Under the pieces are notes generated by a model. It did no database searches. It was not told the DNA's origin and saw only the letters and a list, made by a program, of their open reading frames with translations. From a virus (taxonomy: Duplodnaviria > Heunggongvirae > Uroviricota > Caudoviricetes): a stretch of 39,834 nucleotides of DNA. Location: IMG/VR virus record IMGVR_UViG_2563366858_000008; one strand, written 5' to 3'. Both the position numbers and the translations under genes were made by a program. Within the stretch, counting starts at the first letter, position 1, and every line of letters begins with the position of its first letter. Below, one piece after another: positions 19,618 to 27,879 of this stretch.

Positions 19618-19962
19618 TTACACGCCCAGTTCTTTACGCTTATCTGCGATCTTCTCGCGGAGCGTTTCGGCTTTGGCGTTATGGTGTGGCTTCTCGTTAA
19701 AGAGCAATTCGTACTCTTCACGGAGCTTATCCAGTTCACCATCATCTGACACATCGTTGATGATTTTGGTGCTGGTTGCTGCCATAGTCACCTTTCCTGC
19801 TACCTTTGCTTTTGCCTGTCTGGCTGCATCGTTAACAGGTTCCAGTGCGCTACCAGGCTCACCTTCGTATTCGATTTCTGCCCCCTCCGGCCACAGTGTG
19901 TTATGGATATGAGAGAGACGCAGAACGCGGTATCTTGGTTTCTCACCTGACATCGATATCAC
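19618..19962 (-). CDS. Head protein (possible decoration/staple)
   Basis: 114 aa, charged C-terminus; compact spacing after capsid genes. Confidence 0.45.
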   Translation of the reverse strand: MISMSGEKPRYRVLRLSHIHNTLWPEGAEIEYEGEPGSALEPVNDAARQAKAKVAGKVTMAATSTKIINDVSDDGELDKLREEYELLFNEKPHHNAKAETLREKIADKRKELGV

Positions 19963-19963
19963 C

Positions 19964-20401
19964 TTAACCAGTTACTTTTGAGCGGATCGGATACGGCGTA
20001 TTGGCATCAACATCAAGACTGATACCAGCAGTGAATTCGCCAGCCGTTAGCGGGCCAGTTGCGACGGAGTAGTTAACACGCAGATATCGCTGAACACCGG
20101 CAGGCACCTTTGCAGAAACAACTCGTTTACCTGCTGTCAGGGCGGTCTTTGCCAGTGCACCACTATCATAAATAGTGGTCCATGAGCTGTTATCATTACT
20201 CGTCTGCAACTGGATGTTTACAGTTGCATCACCGCTTGCTGCGGCAGCTGTGTTAACCAGCGCCCAAAACTCAAGCGGGTAACCCACGCCGATATCACGA
20301 CGTTTTCCGTCAATTGGACCGAGATCGATTACGTCAGTAGAAGCCGCGGTATTCGTAACCGCCTGAGCTTCGGAGAACATCAACAGTTTGTCGGTGATCA
20401 T
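19964..20401 (-). CDS. Head-associated structural protein
   Basis: 145 aa; GGAGAAAG RBS; immediately downstream of major capsid gene. Confidence 0.5.
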   Translation of the reverse strand: MITDKLLMFSEAQAVTNTAASTDVIDLGPIDGKRRDIGVGYPLEFWALVNTAAAASGDATVNIQLQTSNDNSSWTTIYDSGALAKTALTAGKRVVSAKVPAGVQRYLRVNYSVATGPLTAGEFTAGISLDVDANTPYPIRSKVTG

Positions 20402-20416
20402 CTTCTTTCTCCATTA

Positions 20417-20436
20417 GTGGGTCTGTTACGACCCAC
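20417..20436 (-). other. Stem-loop after the major capsid gene
   Basis: GTGGGTC-tgttac-GACCCAC, no U-tract; between capsid stop and next RBS. Confidence 0.35.
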
Positions 20437-20452
20437 AGGTTAATAACAGGCG

Positions 20453-21445
20453 TTACACCACGCGGGCTTCTGTTTCCAGAAGCGCATCAGTTTCACGGAT
20501 TGGTACACCACGGAATGACGTCCACCACTCGCCTTCTGTCTCTTTTACGCTGATCGCCAGAGATGTTTTCTCCAGAGATTGCAGATCAAGAGCCTGGCCT
20601 ACAGTGCGGTTCATGTAGAACACCGGGCGACCCATGCCACGATTTGGAATGCGATGCAGTGCTTTAACCATCAACTTCGCAATATTTGCGGCAGAGGAAG
20701 GTTCTGAAAGATTGCTGACATCGATGTTTGCAATGCGAACAACATAACGCCAGTCACGCAGAGCAAGTCCGTTGTCCCATTTGTAATGGGTACGGTAGCC
20801 TTCGTACTTGCCGCCATTCGCATCTTCCAGTGTCACCTGGCCTTTATCTTCCATCTGGATGCCAGCCTTCTGCCCTTTCGGGAAGATGCCATGCACGGTG
20901 TTTTCGCCCCACACCACTAACCAGATTGAGGTGTTATCTGTACCCGTGCCACCAGCATCAATGATGTTCTGAGCATTACCCGCAGACAGGCTGGAATAGC
21001 GGGAGGACAGTCCCATAAACTGCTGAGGGTTAACGCTGGAATCACCATAAAACAGTGTCTGCGCCATCTGCTGATTCATCGCTTCAATAAATGCGCGGTC
21101 TTCAGACAGGCGGAATTCGGCGGTATTACCGTTCAGATCAGCCAGTGACTTATCGACTTCAGCATAGGTTTCCAGCATGCCAACGGAATCGGTTACCTGC
21201 ACTGTGGTTGATTTGCTTGGCTGTACGCCATAGTTCAGCAAACGCCAGGTAGCTGAAGGTAAACCAGAACGAATGGTGGTTCGGTGTCCGGTAGGAAGGT
21301 TCCCTTCGACAAAAGGCATATCCTGAAGGATCGGGTTAGTTTGACCGAGAAGCTCGATAATCTTATCGACTTTCCCGTTTGGATCGACGCGCTTACCCCA
21401 GTCAGCCAGCGTTAGCGCAGTTAAGCCTTTAACAGCCATTGTCAT
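20453..21445 (-). CDS. Major capsid protein
   Basis: 330 aa; follows scaffold and portal in canonical head-gene order. Confidence 0.8.
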   Translation of the reverse strand: MTMAVKGLTALTLADWGKRVDPNGKVDKIIELLGQTNPILQDMPFVEGNLPTGHRTTIRSGLPSATWRLLNYGVQPSKSTTVQVTDSVGMLETYAEVDKSLADLNGNTAEFRLSEDRAFIEAMNQQMAQTLFYGDSSVNPQQFMGLSSRYSSLSAGNAQNIIDAGGTGTDNTSIWLVVWGENTVHGIFPKGQKAGIQMEDKGQVTLEDANGGKYEGYRTHYKWDNGLALRDWRYVVRIANIDVSNLSEPSSAANIAKLMVKALHRIPNRGMGRPVFYMNRTVGQALDLQSLEKTSLAISVKETEGEWWTSFRGVPIRETDALLETEARVV

Positions 21446-21453
21446 TTCCTCTC

Positions 21454-22149
21454 TTATTTGCCATAGAGCACTTCGGCCGCACTACGCTGGCCTTCATTAC
21501 CACCGGTGACCATGCCATCTTCAGACATCGCCTTTCCGATTTTCACGAACGTTTTGACCAGATCAGGGTGATTACCCAGCCCGGTGGTGTTCAGATATTC
21601 TTTGAGTTCAGGTGTCCCGAACTGGTCAAGCGCACGCTGTGCGGCGCTAAGGTTAGAAATCAACTTGTCGCCACCGATTTCTTTGTCAGCTTTTACATCA
21701 GCAGCCCACTGCTCGGTTGTTTTCTGCCAGGCTTCTGCCTGGCGCTGCTGCACACCTGCCAGAATCTTCGGATAAGCATCAACCAGCTTTTGCGCTTGCT
21801 CGTTGGTCAGGTTAAGTTCTCGCGCCACCGGCTCGAATTCCTTCAACGCTTCTGTATCCAGCTCTACGCCTTCGGCAGCCTGAAACTCGTACTTCTCAGG
21901 CGCACCCTCTGGTTTATCGCCGTCCTTTTTTTCATCCTGCTTATCGTTTTCAGGCTTTTTGTCATCAGCAGGTTTATCGCCATCAGCAACAGGTTGTGGC
22001 TTATCACCTTCCGATTGTGATGGATCACCAACTGGAGCAGGGTTATCACCTGCAGGCGCTGACGGTTCTGACGCAGCCGGAGCTGCTCCACCATCGACTG
22101 GTTGCTCATTGCAAAGACGGCGATACAGCAAACGCTCAAATAAATTCAT
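21454..22149 (-). CDS. Scaffolding protein
   Basis: Acidic, Pro/Ala-rich low-complexity N-terminal half and helical C-terminus; AGGAG RBS before ATG 22149 (track start 22155 is an in-frame GTG). Confidence 0.7.
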   Translation of the reverse strand: MNLFERLLYRRLCNEQPVDGGAAPAASEPSAPAGDNPAPVGDPSQSEGDKPQPVADGDKPADDKKPENDKQDEKKDGDKPEGAPEKYEFQAAEGVELDTEALKEFEPVARELNLTNEQAQKLVDAYPKILAGVQQRQAEAWQKTTEQWAADVKADKEIGGDKLISNLSAAQRALDQFGTPELKEYLNTTGLGNHPDLVKTFVKIGKAMSEDGMVTGGNEGQRSAAEVLYGK

Positions 22150-22151
22150 GA

Positions 22152-22448
22152 TCACTCCTGTTCACTGGCCTCTTTGGCCATCTTCAAATACTGTTCAGGG
22201 CAATGCGCCATAACGCGCTGAAACAGTTCCAGCGCCAGATTGCGTTGCCCCTCATTAAATGCCATAGCCATAGCGTCCATCGGTGAGATAGCAGAAAACA
22301 CACGGCCTTTCTCCAGCACCGACCAGACAACGCGACGCCCCTGTTCACTGCTCATGACAAAGCGAATGTCATCAATTTCACGCTGTGCCATGTCACGTTG
22401 CTTACGGGCGTTTTCTTCTTTCAGTTGATCGTCTTCGTAATCTGTCAT
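22152..22448 (-). CDS. Small head-assembly protein
   Basis: 98 aa; ATGA overlap with portal stop. Confidence 0.5.
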   Translation of the reverse strand: MTDYEDDQLKEENARKQRDMAQREIDDIRFVMSSEQGRRVVWSVLEKGRVFSAISPMDAMAMAFNEGQRNLALELFQRVMAHCPEQYLKMAKEASEQE

Positions 22449-24124
22449 TGTGATTGCCCACCCTGACCACTAACTGCATTCGCCATAGCTGACAAAACAC
22501 TCGGATCCGAAGTTTTAGCTTCGCTTAGCGTCTTGGCACCCTGTGCCGCCGCCATCCCCATCGCCATCATTTGTTGCTGCTGTTGCTGCTGTGCCCGTTG
22601 CTGGCGAGCCTGCTCAACCTGTTCCTGCGGAACAATGACGGTTGGAGACACTCCAGACATATCAGCGAATGCATCGATTGCCTGATCAACGTTGAGTTTG
22701 TCGAGAGCTTCTGGTTTCGCTTGCGCAAGTTGACCAATGAAGTTGACCGTAGACGCCAGACTGGACAGGCCGATAGACTTCTGCGCCTGAGCCATGACGG
22801 AAATGTATTCGACCTTCAGGGGCATACCTTCCATCGCGTCAGGCGGGGGCGGCAGCATGTTTTTACGCACCATCATCGAGAAAGCGCGGTCAATGAGAGG
22901 ATTAAGACATTCGTCGTTCAGACGCTCCAGAACCGGCCCCAACATCAGAAGTTTTTCTTCTTTCATTTCGATCACCGCTTCAACAGGCATCGAACGGGTA
23001 TTGATGTTCTGCAACATCATGAACAGATCGACAAAGTAGGCACTGTTAATGATTTGACGAGTGTCCTGAATGTCTGCCACCAGATCTGCTGTACTGGGGT
23101 TAACCAGATAAGCAGGCCTGAAACCATCCTGACCAGTAATCTGATCGATATACGTGATGTCGCCAGGAAGAAGGGAGGCGCGCTGATTCTTGAGGGAAGT
23201 CGGAGCAATCATCGGCGGATTGGTGGCTTTATCAATCAACTGCGACTTGCGCTTCTGGAGAAGCTGCAATGCCTTAACAGGTCCAAGCGCCAGCATACCC
23301 GGGCATGATGATCCATAAACATCTTCGCCGTTAACTTCCCAGCGCGGAGCCATAATTGGAAACTCATCGAATCCTGACTCACGCAACAACTTGTCGTTAT
23401 CACCGCCAACCTCGTAATAAACCGATTTGAATGGCTTGTTCTTGCTATCCAGCTTCGATGTATCGCGGTCAATGTTCGGGTAAACCGAATGCATCACTTC
23501 AATCCACTTCTCGTAGGTGCCGCTTTCCCACATGCTTTTTACGGATTCGCTGACGTTATTTAGCCCGAACTCCTGAACAAGCTGACGAACAGTCATAGAG
23601 AACTTGCGAAAACAGGTGTCCACACTGCCACGAGGTGAGTTAGCCAGGTAGTAACTGCCTATAGGGAATGGCATTGTGCGAATGATGTCCTCGTCATCCT
23701 CCAGCACCGCCATTGCACCAGTGCTGTATGTGCCGAGGCTTCCGTATAACTGCGGCAGCGACTGATAGAGATTCGACTTATTGAACATATCGTTCATGCG
23801 GTTCTGCACCGCCTCAAGCCACAACTTAACAGGGCCATAATCCATCATTTCAGGATCTGGCGTAGCCAGGCGAAACCACGGACGCGCGGGGCTTGTGATG
23901 CCTGACATCATGCCGCTGGCGAGAGTGCGCGCCGCCATAGTCCCGGTCGAATCAATAATGCGTGTATTCCGTCGATCGTTACGGTTGACCTCAGAAGTCA
24001 GAAAGCGGGAACCACGCGGGTTGATGTAATCACTCAACTCGCGCCAGTGCGGCTCGAACGACTGACGCTCGCTTTCAAGTTGTGCGAACTGTTTGTTCAA
24101 TCGCTCTTTAGTTGTTTCCGCCAT
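22445..24124 (-). CDS. Portal protein, podovirus head-to-tail connector type
   Basis: 559 aa; Gln-rich C-terminal tail (QQQQQQQMMAMGMAAAQ) as in T7 gp8-type connectors. Confidence 0.85.
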   Translation of the reverse strand: MAETTKERLNKQFAQLESERQSFEPHWRELSDYINPRGSRFLTSEVNRNDRRNTRIIDSTGTMAARTLASGMMSGITSPARPWFRLATPDPEMMDYGPVKLWLEAVQNRMNDMFNKSNLYQSLPQLYGSLGTYSTGAMAVLEDDEDIIRTMPFPIGSYYLANSPRGSVDTCFRKFSMTVRQLVQEFGLNNVSESVKSMWESGTYEKWIEVMHSVYPNIDRDTSKLDSKNKPFKSVYYEVGGDNDKLLRESGFDEFPIMAPRWEVNGEDVYGSSCPGMLALGPVKALQLLQKRKSQLIDKATNPPMIAPTSLKNQRASLLPGDITYIDQITGQDGFRPAYLVNPSTADLVADIQDTRQIINSAYFVDLFMMLQNINTRSMPVEAVIEMKEEKLLMLGPVLERLNDECLNPLIDRAFSMMVRKNMLPPPPDAMEGMPLKVEYISVMAQAQKSIGLSSLASTVNFIGQLAQAKPEALDKLNVDQAIDAFADMSGVSPTVIVPQEQVEQARQQRAQQQQQQQMMAMGMAAAQGAKTLSEAKTSDPSVLSAMANAVSGQGGQSQ

Positions 24125-24138
24125 TTCAATGACTCCGG

Positions 24139-24345
24139 TTACTGACCAAGCAGCGTTTTACCGCTGGCATTAGCGGTTGATGTGTCGCCCTGAGAACCGG
24201 TAAGCAGCGTAGAACTACGACCAGCAGCAGCGCGACGGCGACGTGTTTCTTCGTCGCGGGCATCAACAACGGCGGCATCCTGCTCCTGTGGTGCTGCCTG
24301 AACTTCTGGTGTTGCAGGCACTGATGGTGAGCTACCCATGCACAT
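24139..24345 (-). CDS. Small protein upstream of portal
   Basis: GGAG RBS 9 nt upstream of ATG; 68 aa, Ala/Arg-rich. Confidence 0.45.
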   Translation of the reverse strand: MCMGSSPSVPATPEVQAAPQEQDAAVVDARDEETRRRRAAAGRSSTLLTGSQGDTSTANASGKTLLGQ

Positions 24346-24413
24346 ATCAATGACTCCGTACGCAATTAAATTATTACCAATTTAACCACATATGATTTAT
24401 TTATCGTAGATAG

Positions 24414-24419
24414 TTGACA
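24414..24419 (+). promoter_or_regulatory. TTGACA -35-like hexamer upstream of the tRNA; -10 unclear
   Basis: Consensus -35 located 16 bp before the operator-like repeat at 24436. Confidence 0.35.
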
Positions 24420-24435
24420 TTTAACGCACAAATTA

Positions 24436-24450
24436 TTACCTTTAAGGTAA
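24436..24450. promoter_or_regulatory. Operator-like inverted repeat TTACCTTTAAGGTAA (perfect)
   Basis: Perfect TTACC-N5-GGTAA in the noncoding region upstream of the tRNA. Confidence 0.6.
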
Positions 24451-24772
24451 CCAAAGAGTTCATTCCGGTTACTAACCTGACTGGCTTGTCGTTAAATTGA
24501 ACAGGTGGAGTGAGCTTTTATTTTGAGCAGTACGGCGTATGGCACATGCGCCGATAGCGGTCTGGATACGTTTAAGGGGCACCCTCCCTTGCTCGGGCAA
24601 ACGAACCAGGTAGCCGGAATGTGCAAGTCGAGCGGTTTTATTCCGCGCACGGGGATTCACCATCCCGGCGATTCGGTGTGACGCCTCGGAAGAGACGAGG
24701 GTACAACGATGAGAGCATTTATGGAGCCGCGACAAAGTGTGGTGCCTTAACAGGCTAAGTGCTCTCAGCGTT

Positions 24773-24849
24773 GTGGCATTAGCTCAGTTGGACAGAGCAA
24801 CCGCCTTCTAAGCGGTTGGTCGCAGGTTCGAATCCTGCATGCCACGCCA
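24773..24849 (+). tRNA. tRNA-Arg (anticodon UCU), phage-encoded
   Basis: Full cloverleaf: acceptor GTGGCAT/ATGCCAC, D-arm GCTC/GAGC, anticodon stem ACCGC/GCGGT with loop CTTCTAA, T-arm GCAGG-TTCGAAT-CCTGC, discriminator G and encoded CCA. Confidence 0.95.
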
Positions 24850-24892
24850 GAATCACGCATAAGGACCGTGATGCCAGAAGTTCCAGGGGCTT

Positions 24893-24934
24893 GGCGGTGA
24901 TGGTTTCCCTTGAAGGACTATCACCGCCCTTTTT
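24893..24934 (+). terminator. Intrinsic terminator after the tRNA
   Basis: 9-bp stem GGCGGTGAT/ATCACCGCC followed by CTTTTT. Confidence 0.7.
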
Positions 24935-25012
24935 ACAGCAGGACGCCATTGCGATGACTTCATGCTGTAAACCAGTACAGCCACGGAAGGCATAACTCAT
25001 TGCTTCCAGTTC

Positions 25013-25036
25013 GCCCGGTTCGCCGGGCATTTTTTT
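25013..25036 (+). terminator. Terminator-like hairpin in the 5' leader of the 25053 gene
   Basis: GCCCGG-ttcg-CCGGGC followed by ATTTTTTT; RBS AAGGTGAG directly after. Confidence 0.6.
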
Positions 25037-25052
25037 AAGGTGAGATTAGACT

Positions 25053-25424
25053 ATGAGTGACAAAGACATTGAATCTGAAATTCAGGCTAAAGGTTTAGCC
25101 GCGCCGCGCGTTACGCCAGACCATATCGAGAGCATTATTGCTCAGGAGGCATATTTCACAGCAGAAGATGGTGTCTTTGGCGTAGCCATAAAAGCGAAAC
25201 ATACTGGCGGAGAGGTAAACTACCAGCCGCACGAATCACTTTCTCTGCTGACGTTCTGCGTTCTGGTGCTGCGCAACGGCTTCACCGTCACCGGAGAGAG
25301 CGCCTGTGCAAGCCCGGAAAACTTTGATGCGGAAATTGGTCGGAAGATTGCCCGGCAGAATGCTGTAAACAAAATCTGGATGCTTGAAGGTTACTTGCTG
25401 AAGCAGAAGTTAAGCGAGCAATAA
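25053..25424 (+). CDS. Moron protein of unknown function, co-located with the tRNA
   Basis: AAGGTGAG RBS; 123 aa; opposite strand to flanking terminase and portal genes. Confidence 0.65.
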   Translation: MSDKDIESEIQAKGLAAPRVTPDHIESIIAQEAYFTAEDGVFGVAIKAKHTGGEVNYQPHESLSLLTFCVLVLRNGFTVTGESACASPENFDAEIGRKIARQNAVNKIWMLEGYLLKQKLSEQ

Positions 25425-25428
25425 CACC

Positions 25429-25440
25429 GTGACATGTCAC
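25429..25440. repeat. 12-bp perfect palindrome GTGACATGTCAC, copy 2
   Basis: 4 bp after the stop of the 25053 gene, immediately before a terminator. Confidence 0.8.
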
Positions 25441-25444
25441 AAAC

Positions 25445-25471
25445 AGCCAGCCGATGAGCTGGCTTTGTTTT
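25445..25471 (+). terminator. Intrinsic terminator
   Basis: AGCCAGC-cgatga-GCTGGCT followed by TTGTTTTAT. Confidence 0.7.
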
Positions 25472-25514
25472 ATCCTCACCAGAGGATATCTCCGTCATTA
25501 TCCCCGCTAACGGA

Positions 25515-26990
25515 TTAAGCATAGGGATCGTAATCTATAATGGCCTTGCCTTGCTGGTTCTGCTGCCCGGGAATTCGCAGACGCTTAGACACAGGGAACG
25601 CAAACGTCAGCAGTAGCGCATCGCCTTTACCCGGCGAACGCCCAAGCCGCTCCTTGATATCTTCCTTCGGTTCGATAACGATTTTACCGTCCACTCGAAC
25701 TTTGTACTCTGCCGCCGACAGGTCGTCCGCTGTTTCCTGGTCATCCAGCATGCCGCCCAGCCTCAGCCATGTCTTGCATGAGTTGAACATCTCCCCACGC
25801 TTGTTGAGCATCTGCGGGTCAGTAGACGCGCCACCGAACGGAACAAGTTGCCATGTGCGCCCCCAACCGTCACCGATTGACTTCAGCCCGGTACCGTAAC
25901 CGAAGTCGATGAACACCGCGTCAGCCTGATACTGGTCTTCAAAGTCAGCGATACGCTTTGCCATAATCAGATCGTCAGTGGTCTTGTTGCCGGTCCACAG
26001 CACCTTACTGTGCAGCCCCTGCCGCAGGTATATCACCGCGTCATCAACACCGGAGTATGCAGGGTCAACGCCGATTATCACCGGAGCATGTGCCACCTGC
26101 GCAGCAGTTACCACCCGTTTCATTGCCTCGTCAGTAAGACCGGTAGGGATAAACTGCAATTCAGATGCATCCGGGAATATGCCGCGCACACGGATTTTAA
26201 CGAAGTCGCTGTCTTCCCCGTAGTCATCAACCCATTTCTGCAACTGCTGTTTGTTAGTGCCTTCCACCGTCCGGCTGTCAATCTGCGCAGTTTTCCAGCG
26301 GTGTTTATATTTGCGGAAACATTCGCGGAAACGCCCGGTGTTACGTGTAGGGTTTCCGAATGCCACCCAGATAATCTCAGTGTCTTCGTCCGTCAGCGCC
26401 CCCTCAGCAACTTCCCACACCAGATCCGCAATGTTCGACGCTTCATCGAATACCACGATGATGCGTTTGCGCTCGTTGTGTAGTCCGGCGAATGCCTCAG
26501 TGTTGTGCTCAGACCAGGGTATTGCGTCAGCCCGCCACCGCTTGTCGTGCCCTGGGTCATTGCTGTACATCGCGGTAGCGGTACAGGTAAACCAGTCTTT
26601 CGTGATAGCAAGGTTCGACCACTTGATAATTTCCGGCCAGGTCTTCGTTCGTAGCTGGTTGTCGGTGTTGGCGGTCACCACGACCTTACAATCCTCGCAA
26701 GTGGACATGCCCCAGTTGATCAGCATTGAGATAAATGCGGATTTACCAATACCGTGACCAGAAGCGCGTGCCAGCATAAGCGGCTGATAGCGCGTCTCCG
26801 GATTCTGCAGGTGATCACGTATCTCTCGGAACGCATCAGCCTGCCACTGACGTGGGCCGGTAGCATGTGCCAGTTCAGTCCCCTCTTCCCCCCACGGGAA
26901 CGCATAGAGGGCATAGCCAAGCGGATCGTGAGTGAACCCTGCAATATCCTCGATCAACTGCTCTTCAGGAGATAACGCTGTATCTGTCAC
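25515..26990 (-). CDS. Terminase large subunit
   Basis: 491 aa; N-terminal ATPase region with P-loop-like GHGIGKS and C-terminal nuclease-like region; ATGA overlap with small subunit. Confidence 0.9.
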   Translation of the reverse strand: MTDTALSPEEQLIEDIAGFTHDPLGYALYAFPWGEEGTELAHATGPRQWQADAFREIRDHLQNPETRYQPLMLARASGHGIGKSAFISMLINWGMSTCEDCKVVVTANTDNQLRTKTWPEIIKWSNLAITKDWFTCTATAMYSNDPGHDKRWRADAIPWSEHNTEAFAGLHNERKRIIVVFDEASNIADLVWEVAEGALTDEDTEIIWVAFGNPTRNTGRFRECFRKYKHRWKTAQIDSRTVEGTNKQQLQKWVDDYGEDSDFVKIRVRGIFPDASELQFIPTGLTDEAMKRVVTAAQVAHAPVIIGVDPAYSGVDDAVIYLRQGLHSKVLWTGNKTTDDLIMAKRIADFEDQYQADAVFIDFGYGTGLKSIGDGWGRTWQLVPFGGASTDPQMLNKRGEMFNSCKTWLRLGGMLDDQETADDLSAAEYKVRVDGKIVIEPKEDIKERLGRSPGKGDALLLTFAFPVSKRLRIPGQQNQQGKAIIDYDPYA

Positions 26991-27583
26991 TGATTGCCAT
27001 CCTGACGTTCTTTCAGTCTCTTCCTGGCTGCCGCTATGCGATCAGCAATTGTCACATTCACATTAACATCCAGGCGTTCTTTGAACGCGTTGACATCAAC
27101 ATGCTTACCAATCAGCTCAAGGTTCTTCACCTTGTCAGGCCATTTAATTTTTTTGAGGATTGTCTCTATCGAATCCTCGTTCATGTTCATGATGGTCGAT
27201 GACAGATCAAAGCCACTAAGCGTAGTGCGCCAGATTTTCGGCCACTCACGGATTGGTTTAAGGCTCCCATCGTCGTTGAGGATATCGATCACGTCCATCT
27301 GGTCGATCTCCACCAGGCGCATGAGAACGTAATCAGCACTGACGCGCATTCGTTTGTTGCGCTCCTCCATCAACTCGGCAATCCGTTTTTGAATGCGTAC
27401 ATCGCGCATCATGACACTGGCTTTAACTGCCGCTGTATTTGGGGAGAACCCTGCGTTAATCGCTGCCTGAGTCTGGTTTTCAGGCGTTTTGATGTATGAC
27501 TGGCAATAAGCCTCCTGCATTGCTGTGAGCGGCTTAAATTGCGTTGATTTGCGTTTATAGGTTTTAGGTTCAGCAGGCATCAT
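26987..27583 (-). CDS. Terminase small subunit
   Basis: Start MMPAEPK at ATG 27583 (the track's N-terminal extension to 27661 crosses a terminator and operator repeats); motif QEAYCQSYIKT...AAINAGFS typical of small subunits. Confidence 0.75.
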   Translation of the reverse strand: MMPAEPKTYKRKSTQFKPLTAMQEAYCQSYIKTPENQTQAAINAGFSPNTAAVKASVMMRDVRIQKRIAELMEERNKRMRVSADYVLMRLVEIDQMDVIDILNDDGSLKPIREWPKIWRTTLSGFDLSSTIMNMNEDSIETILKKIKWPDKVKNLELIGKHVDVNAFKERLDVNVNVTIADRIAAARKRLKERQDGNQ

Positions 27584-27597
27584 AACCACCGTGGTAA
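27583..27597. promoter_or_regulatory. Operator-like repeat TAACCACCGTGGTAA (1 mismatch), overlapping terS start
   Basis: Adjacent to the perfect copy at 27601; 18 bp centre-to-centre. Confidence 0.45.
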
Positions 27598-27600
27598 TAG

Positions 27601-27615
27601 TTACCGTTGTGGTAA
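27601..27615. promoter_or_regulatory. Operator-like inverted repeat TTACCGTTGTGGTAA (perfect)
   Basis: Between the late-leader terminator and the terS start codon. Confidence 0.6.
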
Positions 27616-27622
27616 TAGTACC

Positions 27623-27652
27623 ATGCAAAATAAAGCCGCCATAGTTGGCGGC
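27623..27652 (-). terminator. Intrinsic terminator immediately upstream of the terminase genes (tR'-like)
   Basis: GCCGCC-aactat-GGCGGC followed by TTTATTTTG on the minus strand. Confidence 0.65.
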
Positions 27653-27657
27653 AGTAT

Positions 27658-27870
27658 TCAAAGTCCATCAAATTCATCGTAAAAACTCTCGTCAAGATAC
27701 CCTTCCCATTTACCGCGAATGAAAATTACATCCTCGCCGCAAGGGTGCTGACTGTCGATAACTATATCCCTCCTGGCGCAACCATACTTATGCATGAGAA
27801 ATTTAACCTCTTTCGGAAAATTTGCTGAGTTATCTCTCATATCTTCAAGGTCGTAGCGTATTTTTGGCAT
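27658..27870 (-). CDS. Small protein of unknown function
   Basis: Start MPKIRYD at ATG 27870 with GAAGGTG RBS; 70 aa; the track start at 27891 is a GTG inside the palindrome. Confidence 0.5.
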   Translation of the reverse strand: MPKIRYDLEDMRDNSANFPKEVKFLMHKYGCARRDIVIDSQHPCGEDVIFIRGKWEGYLDESFYDEFDGL

Positions 27871-27879
27871 AACACCTTC

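Noticed and set aside
22571-23308. 245-aa plus-strand ORF antisense to the portal gene, and similar shadow ORFs (108..461, 11616..12092, 18196..18885, 26251..26757)
   Set aside because: Each lies entirely inside a well-supported gene on the other strand, with no RBS and atypical composition.
24472-24735. 87-aa minus-strand ORF in the region upstream of the tRNA
   Set aside because: Arg-rich, low-complexity translation with no RBS; lies in a region better explained as structured noncoding leader.
24965-24980. Second LexA-like box CTGTAAACCAGTACAG upstream of the 25053 gene
   Set aside because: CTGT-N8-ACAG ends are present but the spacer is not A/T-rich, and a terminator-like hairpin lies between the box and the gene, so regulation by LexA is doubtful without binding data.
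27590-27625. Apparent direct repeats GGTAATAGTTACC / GGTAATAGTACC upstream of terS as a separate repeat family
   Set aside because: They are fully explained by two adjacent copies of the TTACC-N5-GGTAA operator dyad read across their junction.
26987-27661. Long N-terminal extension of the terminase small subunit ORF (MNTAANYGG...)
   Set aside because: The extension runs through the terminator hairpin and operator repeats and encodes low-complexity sequence; real start is at about 27583.
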